Shown here in pieces: positions 19,827-30,249 of a DNA stretch of 64,000 bases. This stretch comes from Candidatus Binatia bacterium. Lineage in GTDB: Bacteria > Desulfobacterota > Binatia > Bin18. The position numbers were made by a program, and so were the translations under genes. Under the pieces are notes generated by a model. It was not told where the DNA came from. It saw nothing but the letters and a program-made list of their open reading frames with translations, and did no database searches. Each line of letters begins with the position of its first letter. The stretch's first letter is position 1. Location: positions 36,287 to 100,286 of the forward strand of contig CAXXHG010000005.1 of the NCBI GenBank assembly GCA_963666315.2, written 5' to 3'.

Positions 19827-20801
19827 ATGATCGAAGTCGATAATGTAACCAAGCAATTTGGCCCTGTTCTCGCGGTCGATCGGGTCTCCTTTCATGTTGC
19901 CCGGGGTGAAGTTGTTGGCTTTCTCGGCCCTAATGGTGCCGGCAAGAGCACGGTCATGCGCATCCTTGCCTGCTTCTTTCCGCCTACCTCGGGGAAGGCC
20001 AGGGTAGGGGGGTATGACGTGACCTCCCACTCGCTCGAAGTCAGGCGGATGGTGGGGTATTTCCCTGAAAAGGCTTCTGTTTACTCGGACCTGTCGGTGC
20101 GAGCCTTTCTCGGTTTTGTGGCCGAGGCCAAGGATGTGCCGCGCAGGAGGCGGGCGCAAGAGGTAGGACGAGTAATAGATAGCTGTGGGCTGAAAGAGGT
20201 ACAGAACCGCATCATCGGCCAGCTCTCTAAAGGCTATCGCCAGCGGGTGGGTATTGCCCAGGCCCTTACCAGCGATCCGGAGGTCCTCATTCTCGATGAG
20301 CCTACCATTGGCCTCGACCCAGAGCAGGTGGTGGAAATTCGCAAGTTTATCCGCGACCTTGGCAAGGAGCGAACGGTGATCCTTTCCACCCATATCCTGC
20401 CCGAGGTGAGTACGGTCTGCGACCGTGTCATTGTGATCAACCGCGGCAGGATCCTCACTTCGGAGTCGCTCAAAGAGTTGCGTGCCCAGCTTCAGCGCAC
20501 CCGCCGGGTGCGGGTGGAGGTCGAGGGGCCGAGGGATCAGGCGGTGGAAGCGTTCTCCCGGCTGCCCGGGGTAGTGCGGGTAGAGGAGGATGGGCCGACT
20601 GAGGACCGTGAATTGCCGGCGGCCGGCGGCGGTCCTGTTAGCTTGGTTGTGGAATACGAGGGAGGAGATATCCACAATGAGGTGAGCCGCACGGTTCTGG
20701 AGCGAGGCTGGGGGCTGCTGGAGGTCCGCTCAGTGGAGCTGACCCTGGAGGACATCTACCTTAAGCTTATCCATGACTCCGGCAGAGCACGGGAGGAGTG
20801 A
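19827..20801 (+). CDS. ABC transporter ATP-binding protein (GldA-like)
   Basis: GPNGAGKS, LSKGYRQRVG, ILDEPTIGLDP. Confidence 0.93.
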   Translation: MIEVDNVTKQFGPVLAVDRVSFHVARGEVVGFLGPNGAGKSTVMRILACFFPPTSGKARVGGYDVTSHSLEVRRMVGYFPEKASVYSDLSVRAFLGFVAEAKDVPRRRRAQEVGRVIDSCGLKEVQNRIIGQLSKGYRQRVGIAQALTSDPEVLILDEPTIGLDPEQVVEIRKFIRDLGKERTVILSTHILPEVSTVCDRVIVINRGRILTSESLKELRAQLQRTRRVRVEVEGPRDQAVEAFSRLPGVVRVEEDGPTEDRELPAAGGGPVSLVVEYEGGDIHNEVSRTVLERGWGLLEVRSVELTLEDIYLKLIHDSGRAREE

Positions 20802-20810
20802 GGTCTCATC

Positions 20811-21554
20811 ATGAAAGTGTGGTGTGTTTTCAAAAAAGAACTCCGCCTTTACTTCGGCTTGTTTATTGCCTATTCCCTGGCCGCCTCTTTTCTTGTCCTC
20901 TCCGGCTACTTCTTTTACACCGATATGATCTTTTATGACCTTTTTGGCACCTTCATGGATATCACCTCCTCACTCTGGCAGTATTACTTCCTCGACCTAC
21001 GCTTCGTTGCCATGCTCATCATCCCGCTGCTCACCATGCGGCTGTTCGCCGAGGAGAAAAAGTTAGGGACCATCGAGCTTTTATGGACCTACCCCCTCAA
21101 GGACCTGCACATTATCCTGGGGAAGTTTCTCGCCTGCGTTTTTATCTTTGAGCTCATGGTGGCCTGTACGCTGGTTTACCTGGTAATGTTTGCCTCCGTG
21201 TACACATTTGACTGGGGCCCACCGCTGGCCGGATATCTGGGAGTGGCTCTCCTGGGAGCGACGTTCATTGCCTGCGGCACCTTTATTTCCTCACTCACCG
21301 AAAACCAGGCGGTAAGCGCCATGTCTACCTATGGCTTGCTGGTTTTTTTCTGGTTCCTCACCTGGAACGAAGAGGCGCTGGGGCCGCAGCTCATTGGAAT
21401 CGTGAGCCGCCTCTCTCTCTATGACCGCTTCGAGGACTTTGCCAAAGGAGTCATCAACACCAAGGATATCGGCTTTTTTGTGCTGGTAACGCTGTTGTTT
21501 CTCTATCTTACTCTGCGGTCGCTTGAGTCGCGCAAGTGGAGGGGCATGCGATGA
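20811..21554 (+). CDS. ABC-2 permease (GldF-like)
   Basis: PLLTMRLFAEEKKLGTIELL.T.P, GKF, SSLTENQ. Confidence 0.9.
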   Translation: MKVWCVFKKELRLYFGLFIAYSLAASFLVLSGYFFYTDMIFYDLFGTFMDITSSLWQYYFLDLRFVAMLIIPLLTMRLFAEEKKLGTIELLWTYPLKDLHIILGKFLACVFIFELMVACTLVYLVMFASVYTFDWGPPLAGYLGVALLGATFIACGTFISSLTENQAVSAMSTYGLLVFFWFLTWNEEALGPQLIGIVSRLSLYDRFEDFAKGVINTKDIGFFVLVTLLFLYLTLRSLESRKWRGMR

Positions 21555-22924
21555 TGTGGTTTGGCCGCGAGTCGGTCAGACGGTCCCTCCTTCTTGGGGT
21601 GGAGGTGGCGCTCATCTTTGCGATCGTCGTCTCGCTGGAGGTCCTCTCGGCGCGCGGGAATCTGCGCTTTGACCTTACCCCCACCAAAAGGTATAGCCTC
21701 TCTCCGATCACCCAGAAGGCACTCAGGGCCCTTACCCAGGAGGTGGAGATTACGGCCTTTTATCGCCGGGGGAAGCGGTCGCAGTATGATGAACTCCTGG
21801 GTCTCATGGCCCAGGAGACTCCGTTCCTGAGCTATCGGCTGTTTGATCTCGATAGAACTCCGGGACTGGCGCAGCAGTATGGGGTCTACGCCTATGGATC
21901 CGCGATAGTGCAGGCCAAGGGAGGCCGCCGGATCACGATTCTGGTTACTGATGAGAAGAGGGTGCTCAGCGCCATCCTGCGTATCAGCCAGTCGATAAAA
22001 ACCGTCTATTTCCTTTCTGGACATGGGGAAAGAGACCCCACCGATATGGGGGAGCGGGTGGGCTATGGGGTAGTGAGAAAAGTGCTGGAGACAGAGAACT
22101 ACAGAGTTCGTTCCTTTCTTCTGCACCAGACAGGCAGGGTTCCACAGGATGCTGACCTGGTGGTGGTGAGCGGTCCCAAGGAAGAGCTGTCTGCAGCCGA
22201 GCTTGAGGCTCTCTCTGCCTACTTCTCTGCCGGCGGGAACGCGCTTTTTATGATTGATCCCTACACTGTGCCGGGGCTATGCCAGTATCTGGCCCGGTTT
22301 GGCTTTATTTTGGATGAGGGGGTCGTGGTGGATACCCGGACCCACCTCGCCGGCGGGGATCCGTTGATGCCGGCCATCCCCACCTTTGCCGCAGAGGTTT
22401 TTCCCCGCAAACTCCAGGACTTGCCCATGATGCCGGTAGTGCGGCCGGTGCGTGTGCAGGATGGCAGGGCGCAGGCATTTGCCTTCTCAGGCCCGGAGAG
22501 CTGGGCGCAGAAGAGCCGGGAGCGGATAGAAAGGGGCGACCTGACATATCGCGCCGGGGAAGATCAGCGTGGCCCGGTGCCCGTTGCTGCAGTAGCCACG
22601 GTTGGCCGCACGGCCGATGAGGAGAGACGGGGAAAGATTGTGGTCTATGGTGATTCAGACTTTGTTGATAACGTCTACTGCCGTATTCCAGGCAACGTGG
22701 ATCTCTTTATGAACACGGTGGGGTGGCTTTTGAGGAGAGAAGAGCTGGTCTCGACCGGCCGGTCGGTGAATGTGCCAGTCTCAGGAGGAGCAACCCTGGC
22801 TCAGAGTCTTTACCTCTCTCAGGTCCAGGCACGGATGTTCTTCTGGACCATGGTCGTCCTGGAGCCCAGCCTTATTTTCTTGGTGGGGATGGTTGTGTTC
22901 TTTCGTCGGAGAAGAAAAAGATGA
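21551..22924 (+). CDS. GldG-family ABC auxiliary protein
   Basis: RFDLT..K.YSLS, VYFLSGHGE, VVYGDSDF, N.DLF.N.V.WL. Confidence 0.9.
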   Translation: MMWFGRESVRRSLLLGVEVALIFAIVVSLEVLSARGNLRFDLTPTKRYSLSPITQKALRALTQEVEITAFYRRGKRSQYDELLGLMAQETPFLSYRLFDLDRTPGLAQQYGVYAYGSAIVQAKGGRRITILVTDEKRVLSAILRISQSIKTVYFLSGHGERDPTDMGERVGYGVVRKVLETENYRVRSFLLHQTGRVPQDADLVVVSGPKEELSAAELEALSAYFSAGGNALFMIDPYTVPGLCQYLARFGFILDEGVVVDTRTHLAGGDPLMPAIPTFAAEVFPRKLQDLPMMPVVRPVRVQDGRAQAFAFSGPESWAQKSRERIERGDLTYRAGEDQRGPVPVAAVATVGRTADEERRGKIVVYGDSDFVDNVYCRIPGNVDLFMNTVGWLLRREELVSTGRSVNVPVSGGATLAQSLYLSQVQARMFFWTMVVLEPSLIFLVGMVVFFRRRRKR

Positions 22925-23463
22925 GTCTCTCGGCTGAAGGGCGCCGCGTCGCCCTGTTGATGGTGGTAGCATTGGCGCTGGGGGGCTACACCTATCTCAC
23001 TGCTCCAGAGAAAAAAGCGGCTGGCGGACCAGAGGAAGGTCCCGCCTCGCGCCGGGTCATAGAGTTTAACCCCCAGCGAGTGACGAAGGTGGAGATCTCC
23101 CACGAAGGAGAGAGCCTCATCTGCCGGCGCACCGCAGAGGGGTGGAAAGTAGAGCCCGGCATGAAAGCGCTGCGTGCCGGAGCGGTGGAGGATTTCCTCC
23201 AGAGCATTGGGGAGCTCGTGGAGATAGGAGAGATGGGGGAAGGGATGGAGAGACTCTCCGAGTATGGGCTTGATCACCCAACCTCACACATCTTACTCCA
23301 GATCGAAGGGGACGGCACACGCACCATTGTGCTGGGCAGCCATAACCCGGTGCAGACGAGTGTTTACGCCCGGGTCGGCAACTCCCCACGGGTGGTGCTG
23401 ATTGGGTCGGTGATCCTCTGGGACATGCGCAAGCTGTTTCTCACAGCTGGCACCAGGGGCTAA
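22921..23463 (+). CDS. DUF4340-like protein
   Basis: N-terminal TM, LSEYGLDHP, LG..NPVQTSVYARV; overlaps the GldG stop. Confidence 0.75.
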   Translation: MSLSAEGRRVALLMVVALALGGYTYLTAPEKKAAGGPEEGPASRRVIEFNPQRVTKVEISHEGESLICRRTAEGWKVEPGMKALRAGAVEDFLQSIGELVEIGEMGEGMERLSEYGLDHPTSHILLQIEGDGTRTIVLGSHNPVQTSVYARVGNSPRVVLIGSVILWDMRKLFLTAGTRG

Positions 23464-23627
23464 GATTGAGCCAGGGCCTGCCTCGCCTCTCCGCTAGCCG
23501 TTTTGGGCTCTCGAAGGCAGTCGGCACGGGGCCGTTGGCGCAATTCTTGACTTCTCAACGGCCATGCCTCGGAACTTCTTAATCATCTTGGGTTTACCTC
23601 TGAGTAGGTTGACCCTAGGCGGTGGGC

Positions 23628-24551
23628 TTACTCTCCACCCCGCTCCAACGGGGAAATCACGCCGAGTTGTTGCAGAAAGCCCAGGTCGTCACGACTCGTC
23701 CAGAGTTCCACAATCTTGCCCTCGGCAAGGCGGTAGATGTATATCCCCGTCAACGTGACGCGCTTGCCGGTCGGGGCGATGCCCATGAACGCCCCTTGAT
23801 GGGTGCCCACCGTTGTCCAGCGGGTCACCACCTTATCGCCTGTGACAATCTGGTCTTCAATGGTGATGTGCATATCAGGAAAGGCCGTCCGAAACCCTGG
23901 CACCGCTCGCTTGAGAGCCTCACGTCCACGCACATCCCCGGCGGGCTCGTGGAACACGAAGTCGGACGCAAACAACTCGTCCACGACGGCGAGGTTGCCC
24001 TGGTTGATGCCCTCTTCAAACCACCGACGGATGATGGCCGTGTGCTCTTCCGCGCTCCGCTTTGGGGCTGCCGTCTGTTCCCCAATCAAATGCACGTCAC
24101 CATAGACGCGATTCCTTTTCACCTTGCCTCGCTCATCAAATTCAAGGAAAAAAACGATGGGCAGCTTCACAAATGTACCAGCCTCTTTGTGCGTTCCCTG
24201 CGCGACGCCCTCCCACACAGCACGCCTACCTTGAATCGTCCTGCTGTGTTCGATGTGTGTCCAAGCAGCCCGAAAGTTCTCAAATCCTGCGAAAAACTTT
24301 TGTAACGCTTCTCTCCCTCTTTGAGTCCCTGACGCGCCAAATGGATGGTATTGCACACCGTCTTTAGCGAATAAATGGGCGACAGCGACCGGATCATTAC
24401 GCGGTGGCATATTGGCATTGAGAATCCCAAGCCACTTGGTGGGCATGGCGTCAGTAGTCTGTGCACGGACCGTTGTGGGCGTAACAACAGCCATGAGGCA
24501 TGCGCAGGCACCAATCAAGGTTATGATTGCCAGATAACGCGTACATTTCAT
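23628..24551 (-). CDS. Secreted tandem NTF2/SnoaL ester-cyclase-like protein
   Basis: Signal peptide; domain 1 HLFAKDG..; domain 2 FRTAFPDM..GDKVVTRW...GTHQGAFMGIAPTGK. Confidence 0.85.
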   Translation of the reverse strand: MKCTRYLAIITLIGACACLMAVVTPTTVRAQTTDAMPTKWLGILNANMPPRNDPVAVAHLFAKDGVQYHPFGASGTQRGREALQKFFAGFENFRAAWTHIEHSRTIQGRRAVWEGVAQGTHKEAGTFVKLPIVFFLEFDERGKVKRNRVYGDVHLIGEQTAAPKRSAEEHTAIIRRWFEEGINQGNLAVVDELFASDFVFHEPAGDVRGREALKRAVPGFRTAFPDMHITIEDQIVTGDKVVTRWTTVGTHQGAFMGIAPTGKRVTLTGIYIYRLAEGKIVELWTSRDDLGFLQQLGVISPLERGGE

Positions 24552-24665
24552 AGTTACCTCCTCGGAACGGTCTACAACTTTTGCACCCCGCACGCCAGCT
24601 TGCAGTGCACTGCCCCGTCTGAGGGGATTGACAACATATCAGTCTTTATCTTATTGTACAGCATA

Positions 24666-24702
24666 TTGACTTAATAGACTTAAAAATATATCTAGTAGAT
24701 AT
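24666..24702 (+). promoter_or_regulatory. Candidate promoter/operator of the 24.9-30 kb operon
   Basis: TTGACT at 24666; inverted repeat ATATCTA-G-TAGATAT (24688-24702) over the -10 region. Confidence 0.45.
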
Positions 24703-24938
24703 CCAGTGAGTCTCATAATTATACTGTAAAGAAGGTGGGGGTGGGAGTTTTAGGAGTATGTTCTTAAAGTACCTGGTGGCCTGAGAGTAGGTGGACGAAA
24801 GGAAGCTCTCGTGTTGTTCTCAGGACATGCAGCAGCACTTTAAGATGTTTGTTTCCCGGGTCCCCATGAGAGTATTCACGTAAAAAAACTAATTTGACAG
24901 TCCACTTAGGAACGACAAGAGGGTAAGGGGGAAAAATT

Positions 24939-26756
24939 TTGCGTGCAACAGTACTTAGGGGAATTATAATCTGCCTTGCTCTGGGAGGTCTGCTGTTTGG
25001 ATCACAGACCTGGGCGGCGGAAACCGCCCAGGTCAAGTCCATTATGGGGAAAGTGAAAGATACCCAGGGCAATCCCGTCTTTGGCGCGATGGTTACTCTA
25101 GAAGGCAAGGCCCTCCTGGCCGATGCGATAACAGTGTTCACCGATCGGACCGGTACATACCGGTTTCCTGAACTGGGCAAAAATGTCTCTATAGATCAGA
25201 TCGAGATAAGAAGCCGAAAGGTGGGGTTTAAGACTGAGTCGACGAACATAGGCTCAGCCTCTGCTGATGGCCTGGCCGAGGTGGATTTCCTCATGGCGAC
25301 GATTGATAATGTGGCTGAGCAAGTTCCGGCTTCTGCCTGGTTAGATCCCGCACCAACTACGCCCCGGATTGCAACGGGCCTGTCCATGGTTTCCAAACTG
25401 TGTTATTCTAATTGTCATCAGCTTCCGATTGTTGCATACCGCCCGCAAGTTCAGCGGTTCATCGAGAACGTAGGCCGCCTAGCTGTGCCGGAACGTGAGC
25501 AGGCCTGGATAGAACACCTAGCGCGGCATCGTGCGCTGCATGCTAAAGTGGGTACTAGGACGAGATGGGTGAATGTAGATCCTAAGAACCGTGAGGATCG
25601 AGAATTTCTGGAATTCCATCATATGGCTCCAGGCGAGGACGAGACACTCATGGCTTGGTTCCTTGCAAAGTACCTGCCTAAGAACTTCAAGAAGTTTAGT
25701 GTTTCTGATTTTAAGGAAGGCGACGCTCCGATCGGCGTTAAGGGTACGGTCATTAAAGAATATCAGTTGGAGCCCACGAGTGATGGGTGGTATCGTGAGG
25801 TGGCAGTTGCGAGAGGGTCTCCGTACGTCTGGGGTATAGACCTAGGTGGGGATAGGCTTGTGCGGCTGAACCCAGAGGACGGCTCCCACAAATGGCTGAA
25901 GATTCCTGGCGAGGGGCCGTTCGGCCCGCATACGATCACCCCGGATGCTGCGGGCAACCTGTGGATTAGCTTGGAGGAGATAAACGGACTTGGGGTATTT
26001 GACCCTCGCACGGAGAAGTGGACGAAGATTTTCCGAGATGCCCTAGAAAAAGGGGCCATATCTCATGATTTCGCTACCGATTGGCGTGGCAATATAGCAT
26101 TTGACCTAAAGGGCCGCTTATGGCTAACCATTGTAAATCGCAGCAGGCTTGCAGCCGTGAACTCGAAGACTGGTGAAACTAAGGAGTATGACCTGCCGTT
26201 TCGGAAGGGCCATAGGGGGGTTGCGATAACCTACGGCGCGGTTATGACATCCGACAAGAAACATGTATGGTTCACCCAGTGGGGGGACGATGTGCTCGGG
26301 TCATTTAATACAGAGACCCTAACGGTCGACACTATGATTCCTTTTCCAAACGGCACTGCCCCTCGGCGTATGTCCATTGACGACAACGACGTGGTTTGGG
26401 TAGCTCTGTGCGGTGCTGGTCAAATTTTGGCGTATGATACGAAGACTGGGACGCAGAAGATCTACGACCTGCCAGACAGGAGTGGCTCGACCTATAACCT
26501 GACGTGGGATCCTAAGAGGCGCGTCGTATGGGTGGGTACCACTAATAGTGATAAGATTTACCGGTTTGACCCAAAGGCTGAGAAGTTTACGCAATACCTT
26601 CTGCCACATCGTGGTGCCCTCTTACGTGTCCTACCAATTGACGAAAGCGGTGATATATGGACTACATACACAACCATGCCGGGAATGGGGCCGACAATGA
26701 TCGCGGTGCTGCATCCTGGTGAACCGGATGAACTGGATGAAGAAGGCATGAAATGA
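24939..26756 (+). CDS. Secreted carboxypeptidase-regulatory-like domain + heme-motif + Vgb-lyase-like beta-propeller protein
   Basis: G.VKD..GNPV.GA.VT; SAWL; CYSNCHQL; repeated GPH...DAAGNLW / PRRM.ID..D.VW blades. Confidence 0.8.
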   Translation: MRATVLRGIIICLALGGLLFGSQTWAAETAQVKSIMGKVKDTQGNPVFGAMVTLEGKALLADAITVFTDRTGTYRFPELGKNVSIDQIEIRSRKVGFKTESTNIGSASADGLAEVDFLMATIDNVAEQVPASAWLDPAPTTPRIATGLSMVSKLCYSNCHQLPIVAYRPQVQRFIENVGRLAVPEREQAWIEHLARHRALHAKVGTRTRWVNVDPKNREDREFLEFHHMAPGEDETLMAWFLAKYLPKNFKKFSVSDFKEGDAPIGVKGTVIKEYQLEPTSDGWYREVAVARGSPYVWGIDLGGDRLVRLNPEDGSHKWLKIPGEGPFGPHTITPDAAGNLWISLEEINGLGVFDPRTEKWTKIFRDALEKGAISHDFATDWRGNIAFDLKGRLWLTIVNRSRLAAVNSKTGETKEYDLPFRKGHRGVAITYGAVMTSDKKHVWFTQWGDDVLGSFNTETLTVDTMIPFPNGTAPRRMSIDDNDVVWVALCGAGQILAYDTKTGTQKIYDLPDRSGSTYNLTWDPKRRVVWVGTTNSDKIYRFDPKAEKFTQYLLPHRGALLRVLPIDESGDIWTTYTTMPGMGPTMIAVLHPGEPDELDEEGMK

Positions 26757-26878
26757 GCCTCGATTTCGTAGGGGGGTTGTCGTCGGTGGGGTAATGTGAG
26801 ATTGTCAAGTTAGCGAGTCGGTTTGGAGACGCCACTGTCCGTCGGTGTCTCTTAGCAGAGAAAGGAAGGAAGGAGCTT

Positions 26879-28441
26879 ATGCGTAGAGGAGAAAAAAGGT
26901 GGTATGTGTTGGTAGGACTTGTGGGGTGGCTTGTCGTGAGCTTCCTCACCGTGCGACCTGTCGCTGGTGGTATGTACCTTGACGAAGGGAACACACTGTT
27001 TTTTACCTCGGTATTCACCAACCAGTATCGGCTGCGCACGCAAAATCCGCTGAGCTTCAACGCGAAAGTAGGCGACTGGACCATGATGCAGCACCGCACC
27101 CTCGTGGATCCTCAGCTCATGGCTAATGTGCTGCCATGGATTCGGAACCAGCGCTGGGGCGCCAATCTTATAGAAGGTCTTAATATAGAATCGGCGCGGT
27201 TCTTTTTCAATTACCGCCTCGAATACGAAGGTGCGTACGATTACGGGCCGAAAGTGTACCGGGACGACGTGCCTCCCTCACTGCAGAAAACTACCCGCCA
27301 GCAGATTTTCGAGGCGTGGGGGGATGTGCGGATCTTCGGCGCGCTCAACCTACGGGTGGGCCGGCAGAACCTCTCCTGGGGACAGACCAATGGCTTTCGC
27401 TTGCTCGACCAGATCAACCCGCTTGATAACTCATTTGGCGGATTTCTCCTTAGCCTTGATGAGCGGCGTAGGCCGCTCAACATGGTCCGCGCAACGCTAT
27501 CGCTACCGACTTTCCCCGACTGGGGGATCTACGACCTGGCCGTACAGGGTTTCATTGCGCCCGATAGTCGTCTCCCCGTCGCAGGAGCGGCTCCGCCCAC
27601 GCCGTGGGGGACGGGTGGCGCACCACAGCCGGCGGAGTCGATTCCGACCCTGATCTCGAGTATAGGGGAGTTCGGTGCTCCTACCGACACAGTGCTCCAG
27701 CGTCCGGACAAATCCTTGGAAGACAGCCGTGCAGGGGTGCGGCTGTTGATGACTAGGAACGATGCGTCCTTTTCCCTGGCGTACCTCTCGACATATTCGG
27801 ATGCTCCCACAGTGTCTTACGAATTCGCCCCCAATGGAGTAGATCCGGTCATAAAACTCCGCTTCCCGAATGTCCAGATCCTTGGTATGACCGGCTCGAT
27901 GCCCATCCCTGGCACGTATGCCGTCCTCCGCGGCGAAGTGGCCGGCTTTTTTGGCGAGCCCTTCTTCATCGAAGAGCAAAATTTCGCCGCAGGAAAGAGG
28001 TACCCCAAACGGGACGTGATCCGGGGAGTGATTGGCCTTGATCACGCCCATTGGATACGGTTCCTGAATCCCAACAATACCATCAATTTCGGTTTTCAGC
28101 AGTTTTACTCTAACATTCAGGGGAACATGGATGGGATCAAAGCGCCGATTCAAGAGATACCCGGGCGCTTCCTTGATGTAGATAGAGAGAGCTTTTTGAC
28201 TACCTTCCACTTCCTTACCGTCTATTCGGCCGCATACTTCAAAAACCTTTTCCAGGTACAGCCCATCGTCGCCTTCTTTTACGACTGGGAAGGAGCGTGG
28301 CTCTTCCAGCCTAATATAATCCTTATCCGCGATCCCTTCCGCTTTCAGATGCAGTACACCCGTATCTGGGGACGCTTTGCCGGTATTGGTACTCTGAAGG
28401 ATAAGGACAATCTAATGTTTAGCTTTAGCTATCTAATGTAG
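26879..28441 (+). CDS. DUF1302-like outer-membrane beta-barrel
   Basis: Signal peptide, LRVGRQNLSWG.T.GFRLLD.INPLD, terminal DKDNLMFSFSYLM. Confidence 0.8.
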   Translation: MRRGEKRWYVLVGLVGWLVVSFLTVRPVAGGMYLDEGNTLFFTSVFTNQYRLRTQNPLSFNAKVGDWTMMQHRTLVDPQLMANVLPWIRNQRWGANLIEGLNIESARFFFNYRLEYEGAYDYGPKVYRDDVPPSLQKTTRQQIFEAWGDVRIFGALNLRVGRQNLSWGQTNGFRLLDQINPLDNSFGGFLLSLDERRRPLNMVRATLSLPTFPDWGIYDLAVQGFIAPDSRLPVAGAAPPTPWGTGGAPQPAESIPTLISSIGEFGAPTDTVLQRPDKSLEDSRAGVRLLMTRNDASFSLAYLSTYSDAPTVSYEFAPNGVDPVIKLRFPNVQILGMTGSMPIPGTYAVLRGEVAGFFGEPFFIEEQNFAAGKRYPKRDVIRGVIGLDHAHWIRFLNPNNTINFGFQQFYSNIQGNMDGIKAPIQEIPGRFLDVDRESFLTTFHFLTVYSAAYFKNLFQVQPIVAFFYDWEGAWLFQPNIILIRDPFRFQMQYTRIWGRFAGIGTLKDKDNLMFSFSYLM

Positions 28442-28459
28442 AAAAGAAAGGAAGGTTTT

Positions 28460-29928
28460 ATGGCGACAGGTATGTTGCGTTGTCTGAGTGGGGCGTTGCT
28501 GGTTCCGGTCTCCTGCTGGGTTGGGTGAGCAGCGCACAGGGAGCGGATATTCCGACTCCGCCGGAGTTGACGGAAAAGTATGGACTGAGCGTGGGCATGA
28601 ATATTACCGCGGAGAGCGCCAATCTGATCAAAGACCTGGTGCCTGGGCTGGCGTACGAGCGGACCACGAGGGGAGAATACTCCTTTACGATCGGAGAGTT
28701 CGATCCACCCGATCTGCTGCTTCGTCCCGAGAATCATTGGGACGAGGAGTTCGTGCAGGCAATCAAGCAGAACGCCGGAAAGTTTGACGTGGATGCGGAT
28801 GGTGGCATCATAGCTAGAAGCACCGGGAAGCGACCCTGGCCGATGCCCATGGGTCAACCTTTTCCTAACATAGATCTCACAGAAGACCCCGCGAAGGTGG
28901 GGGCGAAAATAATGTGGAACGCTAAGGCGATGCAAGGATCATGCGGCGAGGAAGAGCAGTACGGCGCCCTGCAAGCTTCCATGCCTCTGAAGGGCGCGTT
29001 TGATCGCTGGCTTACAGTCCGGGTTCTTCGGCAGCGCATCGATTTTCACCGCCCCCCCGTCCCTAGGATCAAGCGGCCGCTCATATTTCAGGAAATCTTC
29101 TTTCTCACTGGGCCGGCTGACTCCTTTGGCGTCGCGACCCTCAGCTGGCGCTGGCAGGACCCCAAAAAGTGGGACAGCGTGTGGATCTACGCCCCCGCGA
29201 ACCGGCGGGTATTCCGGGCGACGTCCGCGAACCGTTCTGATTCGGTGCTGGGTACCGAGTTCACGCCAGACGACGGCACCCCATTATATAGTGGCAAGGT
29301 CGAGATGATGAAATGGAAATATATAGGAAAACAAGATGGCCTGCTACCCGTTTGGCGCTTATGGGGTCAGGCGCCTGATGACTATGTGGCAAATCTTACG
29401 TCCTACGGGGAACCTTCTTTACGCTATCCCCACGTGCCCAGTGCGTTCCAGCGGCCGGACAAAGATTTTAAATCTGGCTACCAGGAAGACCCGCAGGTGC
29501 ACGCAGGGTGGTGGAACACGGGTGTCCTGTGGGTGCCTGTGCGAATGCTCGTTGTAGAGGCCATCCCGAAGGATCCCTACTACGCCTACGGCAGAGAGAT
29601 CCTCTGGTTTGAAGAGGGTTCGAACACTCCAACCTGGAAGACGGTTTTCAACCGCTCCGGGGAGCAATGGCGCCAGATGATCCATCTGTTCGATTATCTA
29701 CACTTCGATACTGGGGATAAGATAACTACGTGCTTCGACGGTAATGCCGGATTTTTTGCCGATGAGATTGTCAACCGAGGGACGACGTCCATAGGCAGCG
29801 GCGATCAAATGCTAGGAAAACCGCACGGCAGCAAAAATCGCCGAGTCGGAACGGCGCACTTCAACTTTGGGCGCCCCGGCTTTGATCAAAACTTTCGTGT
29901 TGGGAGATTTCTGGAATATGGGAAATAG
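28460..29928 (+). CDS. DUF1329-like periplasmic protein (apparent frameshift in the signal peptide)
   Basis: G.PFP.ID, KIMWN, W.Y.PA.RRV.R....RSD...G..F..DD, PKDPYYAYG; ATG 28460 is out of frame with the main ORF. Confidence 0.82.
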
Positions 29929-30029
29929 GCGTTCTTCTGCGCAGAAAGCGGCCAACGGGCATTCAAGTCAGCGGGGTCGAAGTTGAAGGAAGGAAAGAAA
30001 CATCTCTGCGGCGGGGATCCGCCCCGCCG

Positions 30030-30167
30030 TCATCTACCTGGCAAGTTGTCAAACGCCCCGGCTCTCTGCGCCTCGCGAATTTTCTCTTCGACGATCCTGT
30101 GAAAGTAAGACAGCGACACCTTGTCCTCCCCTGGCTGGTCTCTCGGGCAGACCCGTTCCGTCACCAT
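30030..30167 (-). pseudogene. DUF1992 (DnaJ-related) N-terminal fragment
   Basis: RIVEEKIREAQRAGAFDNLPGR*. Confidence 0.6.
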
Positions 30168-30249
30168 AGAGGAGGGGAGATTTTCCCGTCAACAAGGGTT
30201 GCTCCCACCTCCCTTTACGGGTTATGAAGTGCCGGAAAGGCGGAGAAAT

